From Candidatus Peregrinibacteria bacterium (GTDB taxonomy: Bacteria; Patescibacteriota; Gracilibacteria; UBA1369; 2-02-FULL-48-14): 40,000 nt of DNA. Position 1 is the first letter of the stretch; each line of letters opens with the position of its first letter. Below, one piece after another: positions 25,301 through 33,255 of the stretch. The position numbers and the translations under genes were made by a program. Location of the stretch: NCBI GenBank assembly GCA_018658105.1, contig JABHVW010000006.1, positions 54,244 through 94,243 on the forward strand, given 5' to 3'. Under the pieces are notes generated by a model, which saw nothing but the letters and a program-made list of their open reading frames with translations, searched no databases and was not told the origin of the DNA.

Positions 25301-26380
25301 TTACTTCTTAGATAGGTCTAAACCATACACTGCACGACCTACACGTACAAATTGTGGATTCTTTTGCAGGTTGAGTGAGATTGTTCCTTTCTTAACTTGA
25401 CGTTGTTTTAACACGCCTTTGATAATTTCTTGCTTAGTAAGCGGAGACTTTTTCTTAAGAAGTGACTCGATAATGTCTGTAACTGTTCCCTCTTCGTAAC
25501 CCCATTCTTTCAGGGCGTATAGTCCGCGACCAACAAGTACGAATTGTGGGTAACGTATTAGCTCGTTGTGTACGGCTTGAATAGTTACTTTCTTATGATC
25601 GAATGCGCTGTCTGTAATTCTGTTTGCGATATCTACAAAGTGAAGAGGTTTTCCTCCTTTTCTAAGTACAATTAAAGCTTTGTCTCTTATACTTTTTGGA
25701 TTGATATTTCTCCAAGTCATTAAGCCGAATGAACCTTCGAGCTCTTTAATTCGATGATCGATTGCTAGTGCTGATGCGAAAAACTCATCGACTAGTGTTC
25801 CATTTTGAAGAGTTTTGTCTTTTGACATTGCTGAAACTAGTTCAGATTTTGTCATTACTTCTTTTTTTGCACCTAGCTCAGTAACTGCTGCGCTTAAACT
25901 TGCATGAATAGTCTCTGGTGAGATTTCATCTAAATGCCAACATAAACGGTAGAGATTGTTTTTCTCTAAAGAATGTACAATTGGGCAAATTGCGAGTGAA
26001 AGTTTGATGATATGTGCATCTACTTCGAATGTTTTTTCGATTGCTGCAAGGATTTTATTTATAAGTTCATCTTCGATTAATAGCCCACCATGCTCTTTTA
26101 GGATGGCTTCAGCTAATTCATGAATGAAACGTAATTTTGTGCTATTTACTGTTCTTCTGAGTTTATTTAGAGCGATCTTTTCGATTTGTCTAACTCTCTC
26201 ACGAGTTACATTAAAGCTGCGTCCAATGCTTTCTAGAGTTTGTCTTTGTTCGTTGTTTAGTGAGAACCTTCTCACCACTACTTCTTGCTCTTTTTCAGAT
26301 AGAACCATGAAGATATCTTCAATAATATCGCTTAAATTTAGTTTAAGTATTGGGGTTGTAGCTTTGTTCGCAGTGGCCAT
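25301..26380 (-). CDS. sigma-70 region-4-like HTH protein with two HARE-HTH-like domains
   Basis: QTLESIGRSFNVTRERVRQIEKIALNKLRR is a sigma70 region 4.2 HTH. Two C-terminal repeats of the form ...HNEL....QFVLVGRGLYALKEW / ...NLQKNPQFVRVGRAVYGL resemble HARE-HTH. The start is placed at M42 (26380, MATANKATTP...); alternatives are 26464 and 26503. A TTGACA-17-TATGGT promoter overlaps the 26503 ATG and argues against that start. Confidence 0.65.
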   Translation of the reverse strand: MATANKATTPILKLNLSDIIEDIFMVLSEKEQEVVVRRFSLNNEQRQTLESIGRSFNVTRERVRQIEKIALNKLRRTVNSTKLRFIHELAEAILKEHGGLLIEDELINKILAAIEKTFEVDAHIIKLSLAICPIVHSLEKNNLYRLCWHLDEISPETIHASLSAAVTELGAKKEVMTKSELVSAMSKDKTLQNGTLVDEFFASALAIDHRIKELEGSFGLMTWRNINPKSIRDKALIVLRKGGKPLHFVDIANRITDSAFDHKKVTIQAVHNELIRYPQFVLVGRGLYALKEWGYEEGTVTDIIESLLKKKSPLTKQEIIKGVLKQRQVKKGTISLNLQKNPQFVRVGRAVYGLDLSKK

Positions 26381-26593
26381 ATGTATCTCTAAATTAAATG
26401 GTATGTGAGGTGCTCCTAAGATATTGATAGGAGCCGAGAACGTCAATGCGAAATTTATTTTCATTTCGTCAACCTTCTGTATTTGGAGGCAACCATAATG
26501 CATTTCCGCTACTTTGTCAAATAGAATAATATAATTATTATTTTTGTATAATCCCTTGTAAAATCGCTGTCTTCTTGCTTAAATTTGTTTACT

Positions 26594-26678
26594 GCTCGGG
26601 TGGCGGAATTGGTAGACGCGCTGGTCTTAGGAACCAGTGCCCTAGGGCGTGAGAGTTCGAGTCTCTCCCCGAGCACCA
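26594..26678 (+). tRNA. trnL-UAG: tRNA-Leu, anticodon UAG, with encoded CCA
   Basis: The acceptor stem GCTCGGG/CCCGAGC is followed by A and CCA. The anticodon stem is CTGGT/ACCAG with loop CTTAGGA. There is a long variable arm (TGCCCTAGGGCGT), and the T arm is GAGAG-TTCGAGT-CTCTC. Confidence 0.95.
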
Positions 26679-26693
26679 AACTATCCACAAAAT

Positions 26694-26984
26694 ATGCCTC
26701 CAAAGAAAAAGCAAAATACGAAGCTTGCTCAAGTGACTTTTAAAGTTAATAACGAAAGGGAGTTTAAGAAATATGTTAAATACCTTTCTAATCCTTGGCA
26801 TGTTGCGTGGCGCAATTTTTTAGTTGGAGCCTTTCATGGCTTGGGGTTTGTAATTGGTTCTGCCCTACTGCTTAGCCTTTTTGGCTATTTTGTTAGCGAT
26901 ATTTTGGCTAATATACCTGTGTTCTCACAATTTGCTGAAGTAGTTCAAATTTGGATGGAGAGCACACTTGAATCAAAAGAATGA
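26694..26984 (+). CDS. small two-TM membrane protein (DUF5665-like, assigned from memory)
   Basis: 96 aa from ATG 26694 (MPPKKKQNTK...). The track ORF start (26649) lies inside the tRNA. NPWHVAWRNFLVGAFHGLGFVIGSALLL is the conserved core. The stop overlaps the dnaE ATG (ATGA). Confidence 0.6.
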   Translation: MPPKKKQNTKLAQVTFKVNNEREFKKYVKYLSNPWHVAWRNFLVGAFHGLGFVIGSALLLSLFGYFVSDILANIPVFSQFAEVVQIWMESTLESKE

Positions 26985-29900
26985 GCTTTGTACACCTTCA
27001 TAATCATACTCACTATAGTATTCTCAACGCGCTTGCAAAGCCGAAGGAGTACATTAAATTAGCGAAAGAACATGGGAGCCCGGCGATAGCGATAACAGAT
27101 AGTGGAGTGGTTTATGGAGCGATTGAATTTTATAAAGCGGCGAAGGCTGAGGGTATCAAGCCAATTATTGGTTTGGATGCATTTGTTGCGCCAATGGGTT
27201 TGGATGTGAAGACTGCTGAAAATAGATATTCAAGTTTAGTTTTGCTGGCTAAAAACAATACTGGTTATCAGAATCTATTGAAGCTTTCTACAATTGCCTC
27301 GCTTGAGGGATTTTACTATAAACCCCGGATTGACAATGAGCTTCTTGCTAAGCATTCTGAAGGGCTAATTGGCCTTTCAGGCAGTCTGCATGGAGCTATT
27401 CCAAAGGCTATTCTTGAGAATGATGTAGAGAAGGCAAAAGAGCTTATTAAGACTTATCAGGATATTTTTGGTAAAGAGGATTTTTATTTGGAGCTGCAGC
27501 ATCATCCTGAAATTGCGAACTGGAGTATTGTTAATAGTAAACTTGTTGAGTTGGCCAAGGAAACTGCGGCGCCACTAGTTGCCGCCAATGACTGTCATTA
27601 CACAAAACCTGAAGATGCAGAGGCTCATGATGTATTGATTTGTGTGCAAACTCAAAAGACTGTTCATGAGGAGCATCGCTTTAAATATGTTGGGAATTAC
27701 TCATTACGCTCGCCGGAAGAGATGATTGAGGCTTTTAGGTTCTGCCCGGAAGCTGTTGAAAACACTCTGAAGATTGCTGAGAAATGTAATGTAGATATTA
27801 CTTTTGGTGAAAATAAAATTCCATATTTTGATACTGGCGATAAAGCGGCTGATGTTTATTTGCGTGAACTTTGTGAGGCAGGGCTGAAAGAAAGATATGG
27901 AGAAAATCCATCTGAAGAAGAAATTGCTAGATTGAATTTTGAGCTCGATATAATTCACAATATGGGTTTTGATACCTACTTTTTGATTGTTTGGGATTTC
28001 ATTAAATATGCGAAGGAAAAGGGAATTGTTGTGGGGCCAGGGCGTGGTAGTGCGGCTGGATCTATTATTTCTTATTGTTTGAGAATTACAGATTTGGATC
28101 CGCTTAAATATGGTTTGCTTTTTGAAAGGTTTTTGAATCCTGAACGTGTGAGCATGCCGGATATTGATGTGGATTTTGCGGATACGAGGCGTGAAGAGGT
28201 TTTGGAATATGTAGTTGAAAAATATGGTGAAGATAAAGTTGCTCAAATTATTACCTTTGGAACTTTGGCGCCTAAGGCTGCGATTAGAGATTCTGGTCGT
28301 GCGCTTGGATATACATATTCTGATGTGGATGCAGTTGCAAAAACTGTGCCGGATGCGATTTTTGGAAAATATGCGCCATTGGCCGAATCAATAGAGAATG
28401 ACCCTGAAATGTCGACTTTGTATGAAAAGGATTCTACGGCGAAGAATATTTTAGATATGGCCGTTAGAATTGAAGGTACAATTAGGCAGGCTGGAACTCA
28501 TGCTTGTGCTGTGATTATTTCTCGCGATCCTTTGGTGGAACACACTGCGATGCAAAAGGCCACTGGGAATAAAGAGGGTGTAGTGACGCAATACTCCATG
28601 AAACCTTGTGAATCTTTGGGGCTGCTGAAGATGGACTTTTTGGGCTTGAAGAATCTGACGATTATGGAAACGACTCTTGGAATTTTGAAAAGGACTAAAC
28701 CTGATGTGGAAGTAGATCTGGAAAATTTGCCGATGGATGATGAGAAAACTTTTGAGCTCTTGCAAAGTGGTACGACAACGGGGGTGTTTCAGTTGGAGTC
28801 CCCGGGTATGCGTAGATATCTGAAGGATCTGAAGCCTACTGAGTTTGGGGATATTATTGCGATGGTTTCTTTGTATCGGCCTGGGCCAATGCAATTTATT
28901 TCGACATATATTGATGGGAAACATGGGAAGCAAAAAGTTACTTATTTACATGAGTCGCTGGAACCAATTTTGAAGGAGACATATGGTATTGCGATTTATC
29001 AGGAGCAGATTTTGCAACTTGCTAGGGTCTTTTCTGGATTTTCACTTGGTGAAGCGGATTTGTTGCGTAGGGCGATTGGTAAAAAAGTTGCTTCTGAGCT
29101 GACCGCTCAAAGGGAGAAATTTATTGAGGGCGCTATTAAAAATGGTCACACGAAGAGGCTTGCGGTGAAAATGTTCGACGATGTAATTGAGCCTTTTGCG
29201 GGTTATGGGTTTAACAAATCTCATGCTGCCTGTTATGCCTTGATTGCTTATCAGACGGCTTATTTGAAAGCACACTTCCCTGCTGAGTTTATGGCTGCGC
29301 TTTTGACGGCCGATGCTGAAAATACAGATAGAGTTGTTATTGAAATTGAAGAATGTAGATTGCTTGGGATTGAGGTTTTGCCGCCGAACGTTAATGAATC
29401 TTTGGCGCATTTCACGGTGGTTGATGAAAAAACGATTCGATTTGGGCTGACTGCTATTAAAGGTATTGGCGAAGGACCGGTGCGTGAATTAATTCGTGTG
29501 AGAGATGAAGGTGATGAGAAATTTACTGGTCTAGAGAATTTTGCGAAAAGAGTTCCCTTTAAGATTTTAAATAAAAAAACTATTGGTGCCCTTGCCTGCT
29601 CAGGTTCGCTTGATGAGTTAGGTGAACGGGCGCAACTTGCAGCAAGTTATGATCAAATCAGTACTTATGCGAAACATATCCAGACTTCTGCTGCAGATGG
29701 GCAGACTGATATTTTTGCAATGCTTGGTGAAGAAGATACGCCTGATTTGCAGTTGGCAAAAGTTCCATCAATGACTCAAAGCCAATATTTAACCTGGGAA
29801 AAAGATTTTCTTGGGCTTTATGTTAGTGGTCATCCTCTTCAAGGTTTGAGTAGATATTTTAAGAGCAAGGGGCGTTTAATTGGATCTATTGGGAAAAAGC

Positions 29901-30466
29901 AGTTGGATAAAAGAATTTCTGTTGGTGGATTGGTTTCGCAATATAGAAGAGTGATGACGAAGGCTGGGAAATATATGTGTTTTGGGGAAATTGAGGATCC
30001 GAGTGCGAAAATTCCTTTTGTGCTCTTTCCGAGGGCTTATGACATTTTTGGTGATGTAGTTGAACTTGATAGGGTTTTGAAATTCGAAGGAAAAATCGAT
30101 GAACGATCTGGCACTTATCAAATGATGGTAGATAAAGTGACTAAACTTTCTTTAGACAATATTGTTATATCTGCCAAAGAAAGAGGCACATTTGATGAGG
30201 ATGATAGGATTGTAGGCGTGGCTAGGCTAGAAATTGAAGAAAATGAGCCTGATAGCGATATTGAGACATATATAATTAAGCTGGAATCAGACAATCAGCC
30301 AGAAGTTTTGGCTGAGCTAAAGCCTTTGCTTCAAAATAATAAAGGTAAAGTGCCTGTGGAAATTCATATTCCATCTGGTGATATTTTGAAAAGAATCAAA
30401 GTGCCGTTTGGCGTGAAAATGGATGATGATTTAAAGAAGGAATTGAAAGAGCTTCTTGCGGTATAG
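26981..30466 (+). CDS. dnaE: DNA polymerase III alpha subunit
   Basis: 1161 aa. It has an N-terminal PHP domain (FVHLHNHTHYS), the polymerase core (GPGRGSAAGS, MPDIDVDF), an HhH region and an OB-fold tail. Confidence 0.95.
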   Translation: MSFVHLHNHTHYSILNALAKPKEYIKLAKEHGSPAIAITDSGVVYGAIEFYKAAKAEGIKPIIGLDAFVAPMGLDVKTAENRYSSLVLLAKNNTGYQNLLKLSTIASLEGFYYKPRIDNELLAKHSEGLIGLSGSLHGAIPKAILENDVEKAKELIKTYQDIFGKEDFYLELQHHPEIANWSIVNSKLVELAKETAAPLVAANDCHYTKPEDAEAHDVLICVQTQKTVHEEHRFKYVGNYSLRSPEEMIEAFRFCPEAVENTLKIAEKCNVDITFGENKIPYFDTGDKAADVYLRELCEAGLKERYGENPSEEEIARLNFELDIIHNMGFDTYFLIVWDFIKYAKEKGIVVGPGRGSAAGSIISYCLRITDLDPLKYGLLFERFLNPERVSMPDIDVDFADTRREEVLEYVVEKYGEDKVAQIITFGTLAPKAAIRDSGRALGYTYSDVDAVAKTVPDAIFGKYAPLAESIENDPEMSTLYEKDSTAKNILDMAVRIEGTIRQAGTHACAVIISRDPLVEHTAMQKATGNKEGVVTQYSMKPCESLGLLKMDFLGLKNLTIMETTLGILKRTKPDVEVDLENLPMDDEKTFELLQSGTTTGVFQLESPGMRRYLKDLKPTEFGDIIAMVSLYRPGPMQFISTYIDGKHGKQKVTYLHESLEPILKETYGIAIYQEQILQLARVFSGFSLGEADLLRRAIGKKVASELTAQREKFIEGAIKNGHTKRLAVKMFDDVIEPFAGYGFNKSHAACYALIAYQTAYLKAHFPAEFMAALLTADAENTDRVVIEIEECRLLGIEVLPPNVNESLAHFTVVDEKTIRFGLTAIKGIGEGPVRELIRVRDEGDEKFTGLENFAKRVPFKILNKKTIGALACSGSLDELGERAQLAASYDQISTYAKHIQTSAADGQTDIFAMLGEEDTPDLQLAKVPSMTQSQYLTWEKDFLGLYVSGHPLQGLSRYFKSKGRLIGSIGKKQLDKRISVGGLVSQYRRVMTKAGKYMCFGEIEDPSAKIPFVLFPRAYDIFGDVVELDRVLKFEGKIDERSGTYQMMVDKVTKLSLDNIVISAKERGTFDEDDRIVGVARLEIEENEPDSDIETYIIKLESDNQPEVLAELKPLLQNNKGKVPVEIHIPSGDILKRIKVPFGVKMDDDLKKELKELLAV

Positions 30467-30468
30467 AT

Positions 30469-30497
30469 TTGACAGGAATGCGTTTTCATCCTAGAGT
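30469..30497 (+). promoter_or_regulatory. possible promoter TTGACA-17-TAGAGT for the GC-rich islet
   Basis: TTGACA at 30469-30474, a 17-nt spacer, TAGAGT at 30492-30497. The ATG at 30521 lies downstream. Confidence 0.4.
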
Positions 30498-30520
30498 TTT
30501 TGCCAATAACCTATAGATCA

Positions 30521-30775
30521 ATGAAAATGCTTACCCAAGCTGCTACAGCATTAGTTGCCTTATGTTCTAGCCCTGCCCTTGCGAGCGACCGAATTAGCGA
30601 TCGAGTGTCCGGCCACCCCACCACTATTCAACAAGAGCTAATTGCTTTTAGATCTATTATAACGAAAGGAGTTCAATACGACTGTCCTCAGGCTCTTGGT
30701 GCGCAGGATCTTCTTAATGCTACTCATCCGTCAGCACCAACAGTAAGCTTTCCTTATAGGACCCAAGATATTTGA
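30521..30775 (+). CDS. hypothetical secreted protein (signal peptide), possibly the 5' part of an interrupted gene
   Basis: MKMLTQAATALVALCSSPALA/SD is a classic Sec signal. The ORF ends at a TGA (30773-30775) that is in frame with the next ORF. Local G+C is higher than in the flanks. Confidence 0.45.
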   Translation: MKMLTQAATALVALCSSPALASDRISDRVSGHPTTIQQELIAFRSIITKGVQYDCPQALGAQDLLNATHPSAPTVSFPYRTQDI

Positions 30776-30838
30776 ATAATAAGTAGCCATCTTGAAAGTG
30801 AACTCCCTTTTCGCGGTACTTTAATTGGTAATCCAGAT

Positions 30839-31300
30839 GTGAGAGGAACTACTGCTTGTGTAAAACGATCCGCCAGAAAGAGGACAACGAGGCATCATGA
30901 TGGCTATGGTGCTGAGTGTAATGCTGAATTTCTAGAAAACGTAATTGGCATTCCACAACTTGTACTTGAATGTGAGCGCCCCACAACTCTTAGACAACTT
31001 CAAGATGCTGAAAGGGTGATGTATGATAATTTTAATGGGATGATATCTCTAGCGGAATCTAATTGTGAAATGTCATTTGATGAAGATGAGGTGCCAGTTA
31101 TTTCTCCTTTCAGGCAGCCAGACAGCTTTGGTCCAGTTACCGTTCAAGCATCACAAGGCTTCACCCCAGATGACTGGAACGATGCAGAGCGCATTGATAC
31201 TATACTTAGAGATGTGAGCTTGCCTGATGGCTGTGTCTACGACAATGGCAATTCCCCTGGAAGTATGCGTATGAAACTTGCATGCTACCCAAACCTCTAG
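30839..31300 (+). CDS. hypothetical Cys-containing protein, with only a GTG start available; possibly a continuation of 30521-30775
   Basis: 153-aa ORF in the same frame as the preceding ORF, with no stop in the 63-nt spacer other than the TGA. It has 7 Cys, no signal peptide of its own and no family I recognise. Confidence 0.4.
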   Translation: MRGTTACVKRSARKRTTRHHDGYGAECNAEFLENVIGIPQLVLECERPTTLRQLQDAERVMYDNFNGMISLAESNCEMSFDEDEVPVISPFRQPDSFGPVTVQASQGFTPDDWNDAERIDTILRDVSLPDGCVYDNGNSPGSMRMKLACYPNL

Positions 31301-31309
31301 TGATCTAAT

Positions 31310-31329
31310 GGCAAAAGACTTGCCCTTTT
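31310..31329 (+). terminator. short intrinsic terminator GGCAA-AAGAC-TTGCC + CTTTT
   Basis: A 5-bp stem with a 5-nt loop, followed by CUUUU. It lies 10 nt after the stop at 31300. Confidence 0.4.
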
Positions 31330-31369
31330 GGCTAGCTTGATACATTATCCTTCTGATTTAACTCTTTTT

Positions 31370-33133
31370 ATGTACAGAAGTCATAACTGCGGTCAGCTCC
31401 GCAAAGAAAACAATGGTGAGAAAGTTACTTTAAGTGGTTGGGTGCATAGGCGCCGTGATCATGGTGATTTGATTTTTGTCGATTTAAGAGATCGATATGG
31501 TTTGACTCAGGTTGTTTTTGATCCTTCTGACTTTAAGGAGGCACATATTGCTGCTGAAGATTTAAGAAGTGAATTTGTAATTAAAGTTGAAGGTGAAGTT
31601 AGAGTTAGGCCTGAGGGGCAACGAAATGAAAATATGGATACTGGTGAGGTTGAGTTGTTGGTTTCTGAGGTTGAGATTTTGAATCGTTCAAAGACTCCGC
31701 CTTTTGAAATTGATCATCCTCAAGATGCAAATGAAGAAATTCGCTTGAAATACCGTTATTTAGATTTGCGAAGAGATCGCATGAAGAAAAACATGGTATT
31801 CAGGCATAAATTTGTGAAAATGATTCGTGATATTTTTGATGAATTGGATTTTGTGGAAATTGAAACTCCGATGTTAATGAAAGGTACACCTGAAGGATCG
31901 CGTGAATTTATTGTGCCTGCACGTTTATATCCTGGTGAATTCTATGTATTGCCTCAGTCTCCTCAACAGCTTAAACAGCTTTTGATGGTTGCAGGTATGG
32001 ATAAATATTTTCAGATTGCTAGATGTTTCCGCGATGAAGATTCTCGTGGTGATAGACAGCCGGAGTTTACTCAGTTGGATATGGAAATGTCTTTTGTAGA
32101 AGAGGAAGATGTTATTTCGATCAATGAGGAGGCTTTGAAGAAGTTGTTTGCAAAATTGGTTCCTGAGAAGGAATTGATGTTTGAGACCTTCCCTAGGCTT
32201 ACTTGGAAAGAGGCAATGAGCAAATATGGTTCTGATAAACCAGATCTTCGTTTTGAAATGCAAATTAAGGATGTGTCTGACTTGGTTTCTAGCTGTGACT
32301 TTCAAGTCTTTAAACAGGCTGTTACAGATGGAGGCGTAGTTAAATGTTTAAAAGTTGAAGGTGGTGCTGAATTTAGTCGTAAAGATATTGATCAATATAC
32401 GGAGCTTGCAAAAGTTTACGGTGCGAAAGGTCTTGCTTACATTAAGATGACGGACGAAGGGCCAGCTGCACCGATTTTGAAATTCTTTACTGAAGATCAA
32501 TTGGCTGCGTTAATTGAAAGGGCTGAGGCGAAGACTGGAGATATTATTTTCTTTGGTGCGGATAGCTTTGAAGTTGTTTGTAACGCTTTAGGAAATGTTC
32601 GTTTGGCATGTGCTGACCGATTTGAGCTGCGAGACCCGAACAAGCTTGCTTGTTGTTGGGTTGTGGACTTCCCTCTTTTTGAATTTAGTGAAGAGGAAGG
32701 CCGATTGGTTTCTGCGCATCATCCGTTTACTGCTCCTAAAGATTCTGACCTTGAACTCCTTGAGACTGACCCGAAAAATGTTTTGGCTAAGGCCTATGAT
32801 GTTGCAATGAACGGAAGTGAAATTGGTGGTGGTTCAATTAGAATTCACTCGCCAGAAACTCAGAGAAAAGTTTTCAAAGCGCTTGGAATAAGCGATGAAG
32901 ATGTGGAGATACGATTTGGCCATATGCTTGATGCCTTTCAATATGGTGCTCCGCCGCATGGTGGAATTGCTTGGGGCCTTGATAGAATTATTATGCTCTT
33001 GCAAGATGAACCAAATATTCGTGAAGTAATTGCTTTCCCTAAAGATTCTAAGGCAAAAGATTTGTTAACTGGTGCGCCTTCTGCGCTACCTGAAGCGACA
33101 CTTACTGAGATGAATGTTAAAAATATTCTCTAA
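31370..33133 (+). CDS. aspS: aspartyl-tRNA synthetase (bacterial type with insertion domain)
   Basis: The start is placed at ATG 31370 (MYRSHNCGQLRKEN..., 587 aa). The track's TTG at 31328 overlaps the terminator. Class II motifs are present: FRDEDSRGDRQPEFTQLD, GGGSIRIH, GLDR. Confidence 0.93.
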   Translation: MYRSHNCGQLRKENNGEKVTLSGWVHRRRDHGDLIFVDLRDRYGLTQVVFDPSDFKEAHIAAEDLRSEFVIKVEGEVRVRPEGQRNENMDTGEVELLVSEVEILNRSKTPPFEIDHPQDANEEIRLKYRYLDLRRDRMKKNMVFRHKFVKMIRDIFDELDFVEIETPMLMKGTPEGSREFIVPARLYPGEFYVLPQSPQQLKQLLMVAGMDKYFQIARCFRDEDSRGDRQPEFTQLDMEMSFVEEEDVISINEEALKKLFAKLVPEKELMFETFPRLTWKEAMSKYGSDKPDLRFEMQIKDVSDLVSSCDFQVFKQAVTDGGVVKCLKVEGGAEFSRKDIDQYTELAKVYGAKGLAYIKMTDEGPAAPILKFFTEDQLAALIERAEAKTGDIIFFGADSFEVVCNALGNVRLACADRFELRDPNKLACCWVVDFPLFEFSEEEGRLVSAHHPFTAPKDSDLELLETDPKNVLAKAYDVAMNGSEIGGGSIRIHSPETQRKVFKALGISDEDVEIRFGHMLDAFQYGAPPHGGIAWGLDRIIMLLQDEPNIREVIAFPKDSKAKDLLTGAPSALPEATLTEMNVKNIL

Positions 33134-33135
33134 GC

Positions 33136-33189
33136 ATTATTCAAGCAGCGCTCCGGGCCACTAGGCCAAGTCTTACTTGCTTGAATAAT
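33136..33189 (+). terminator. 12-bp perfect stem (ATTATTCAAGCA / TGCTTGAATAAT) with a 30-nt structured loop, 3 nt after the aspS stop
   Basis: The arms lie at 33136-33147 and 33178-33189. The loop contains a GGCC-ACTA-GGCC mini-hairpin. There is no U-tract, so it is not a classical intrinsic terminator. Confidence 0.35.
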
Positions 33190-33255
33190 ACCTAAAGAAT
33201 TTTAATGCGTTGGATTGGAATTTTGTGATACAGTGGGCAGGACCTCCTACCCAAT

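Noticed and set aside
27704-30121. Long antisense ORFs inside dnaE (27704-28246, 28451-28933, 29042-29410, 29876-30121)
   Set aside because: They lie entirely within a strongly conserved gene on the opposite strand, and their composition is skewed to F/I/N/R/K, as expected from antisense reading of AT-rich coding DNA. They are frame artefacts. The same applies to 31925-32305 (in aspS), 33247-33576, 33837-34088, 34243-34503 and 34852-35061 (in the ATPase gene), and 38818-39191 (in the M23 gene).
30773-30838. Selenocysteine insertion at the in-frame TGA of the islet gene
   Set aside because: I can fold no SECIS-like hairpin in the 60 nt downstream of the TGA, the protein context is not a known selenoprotein, and no sel genes are in the window.
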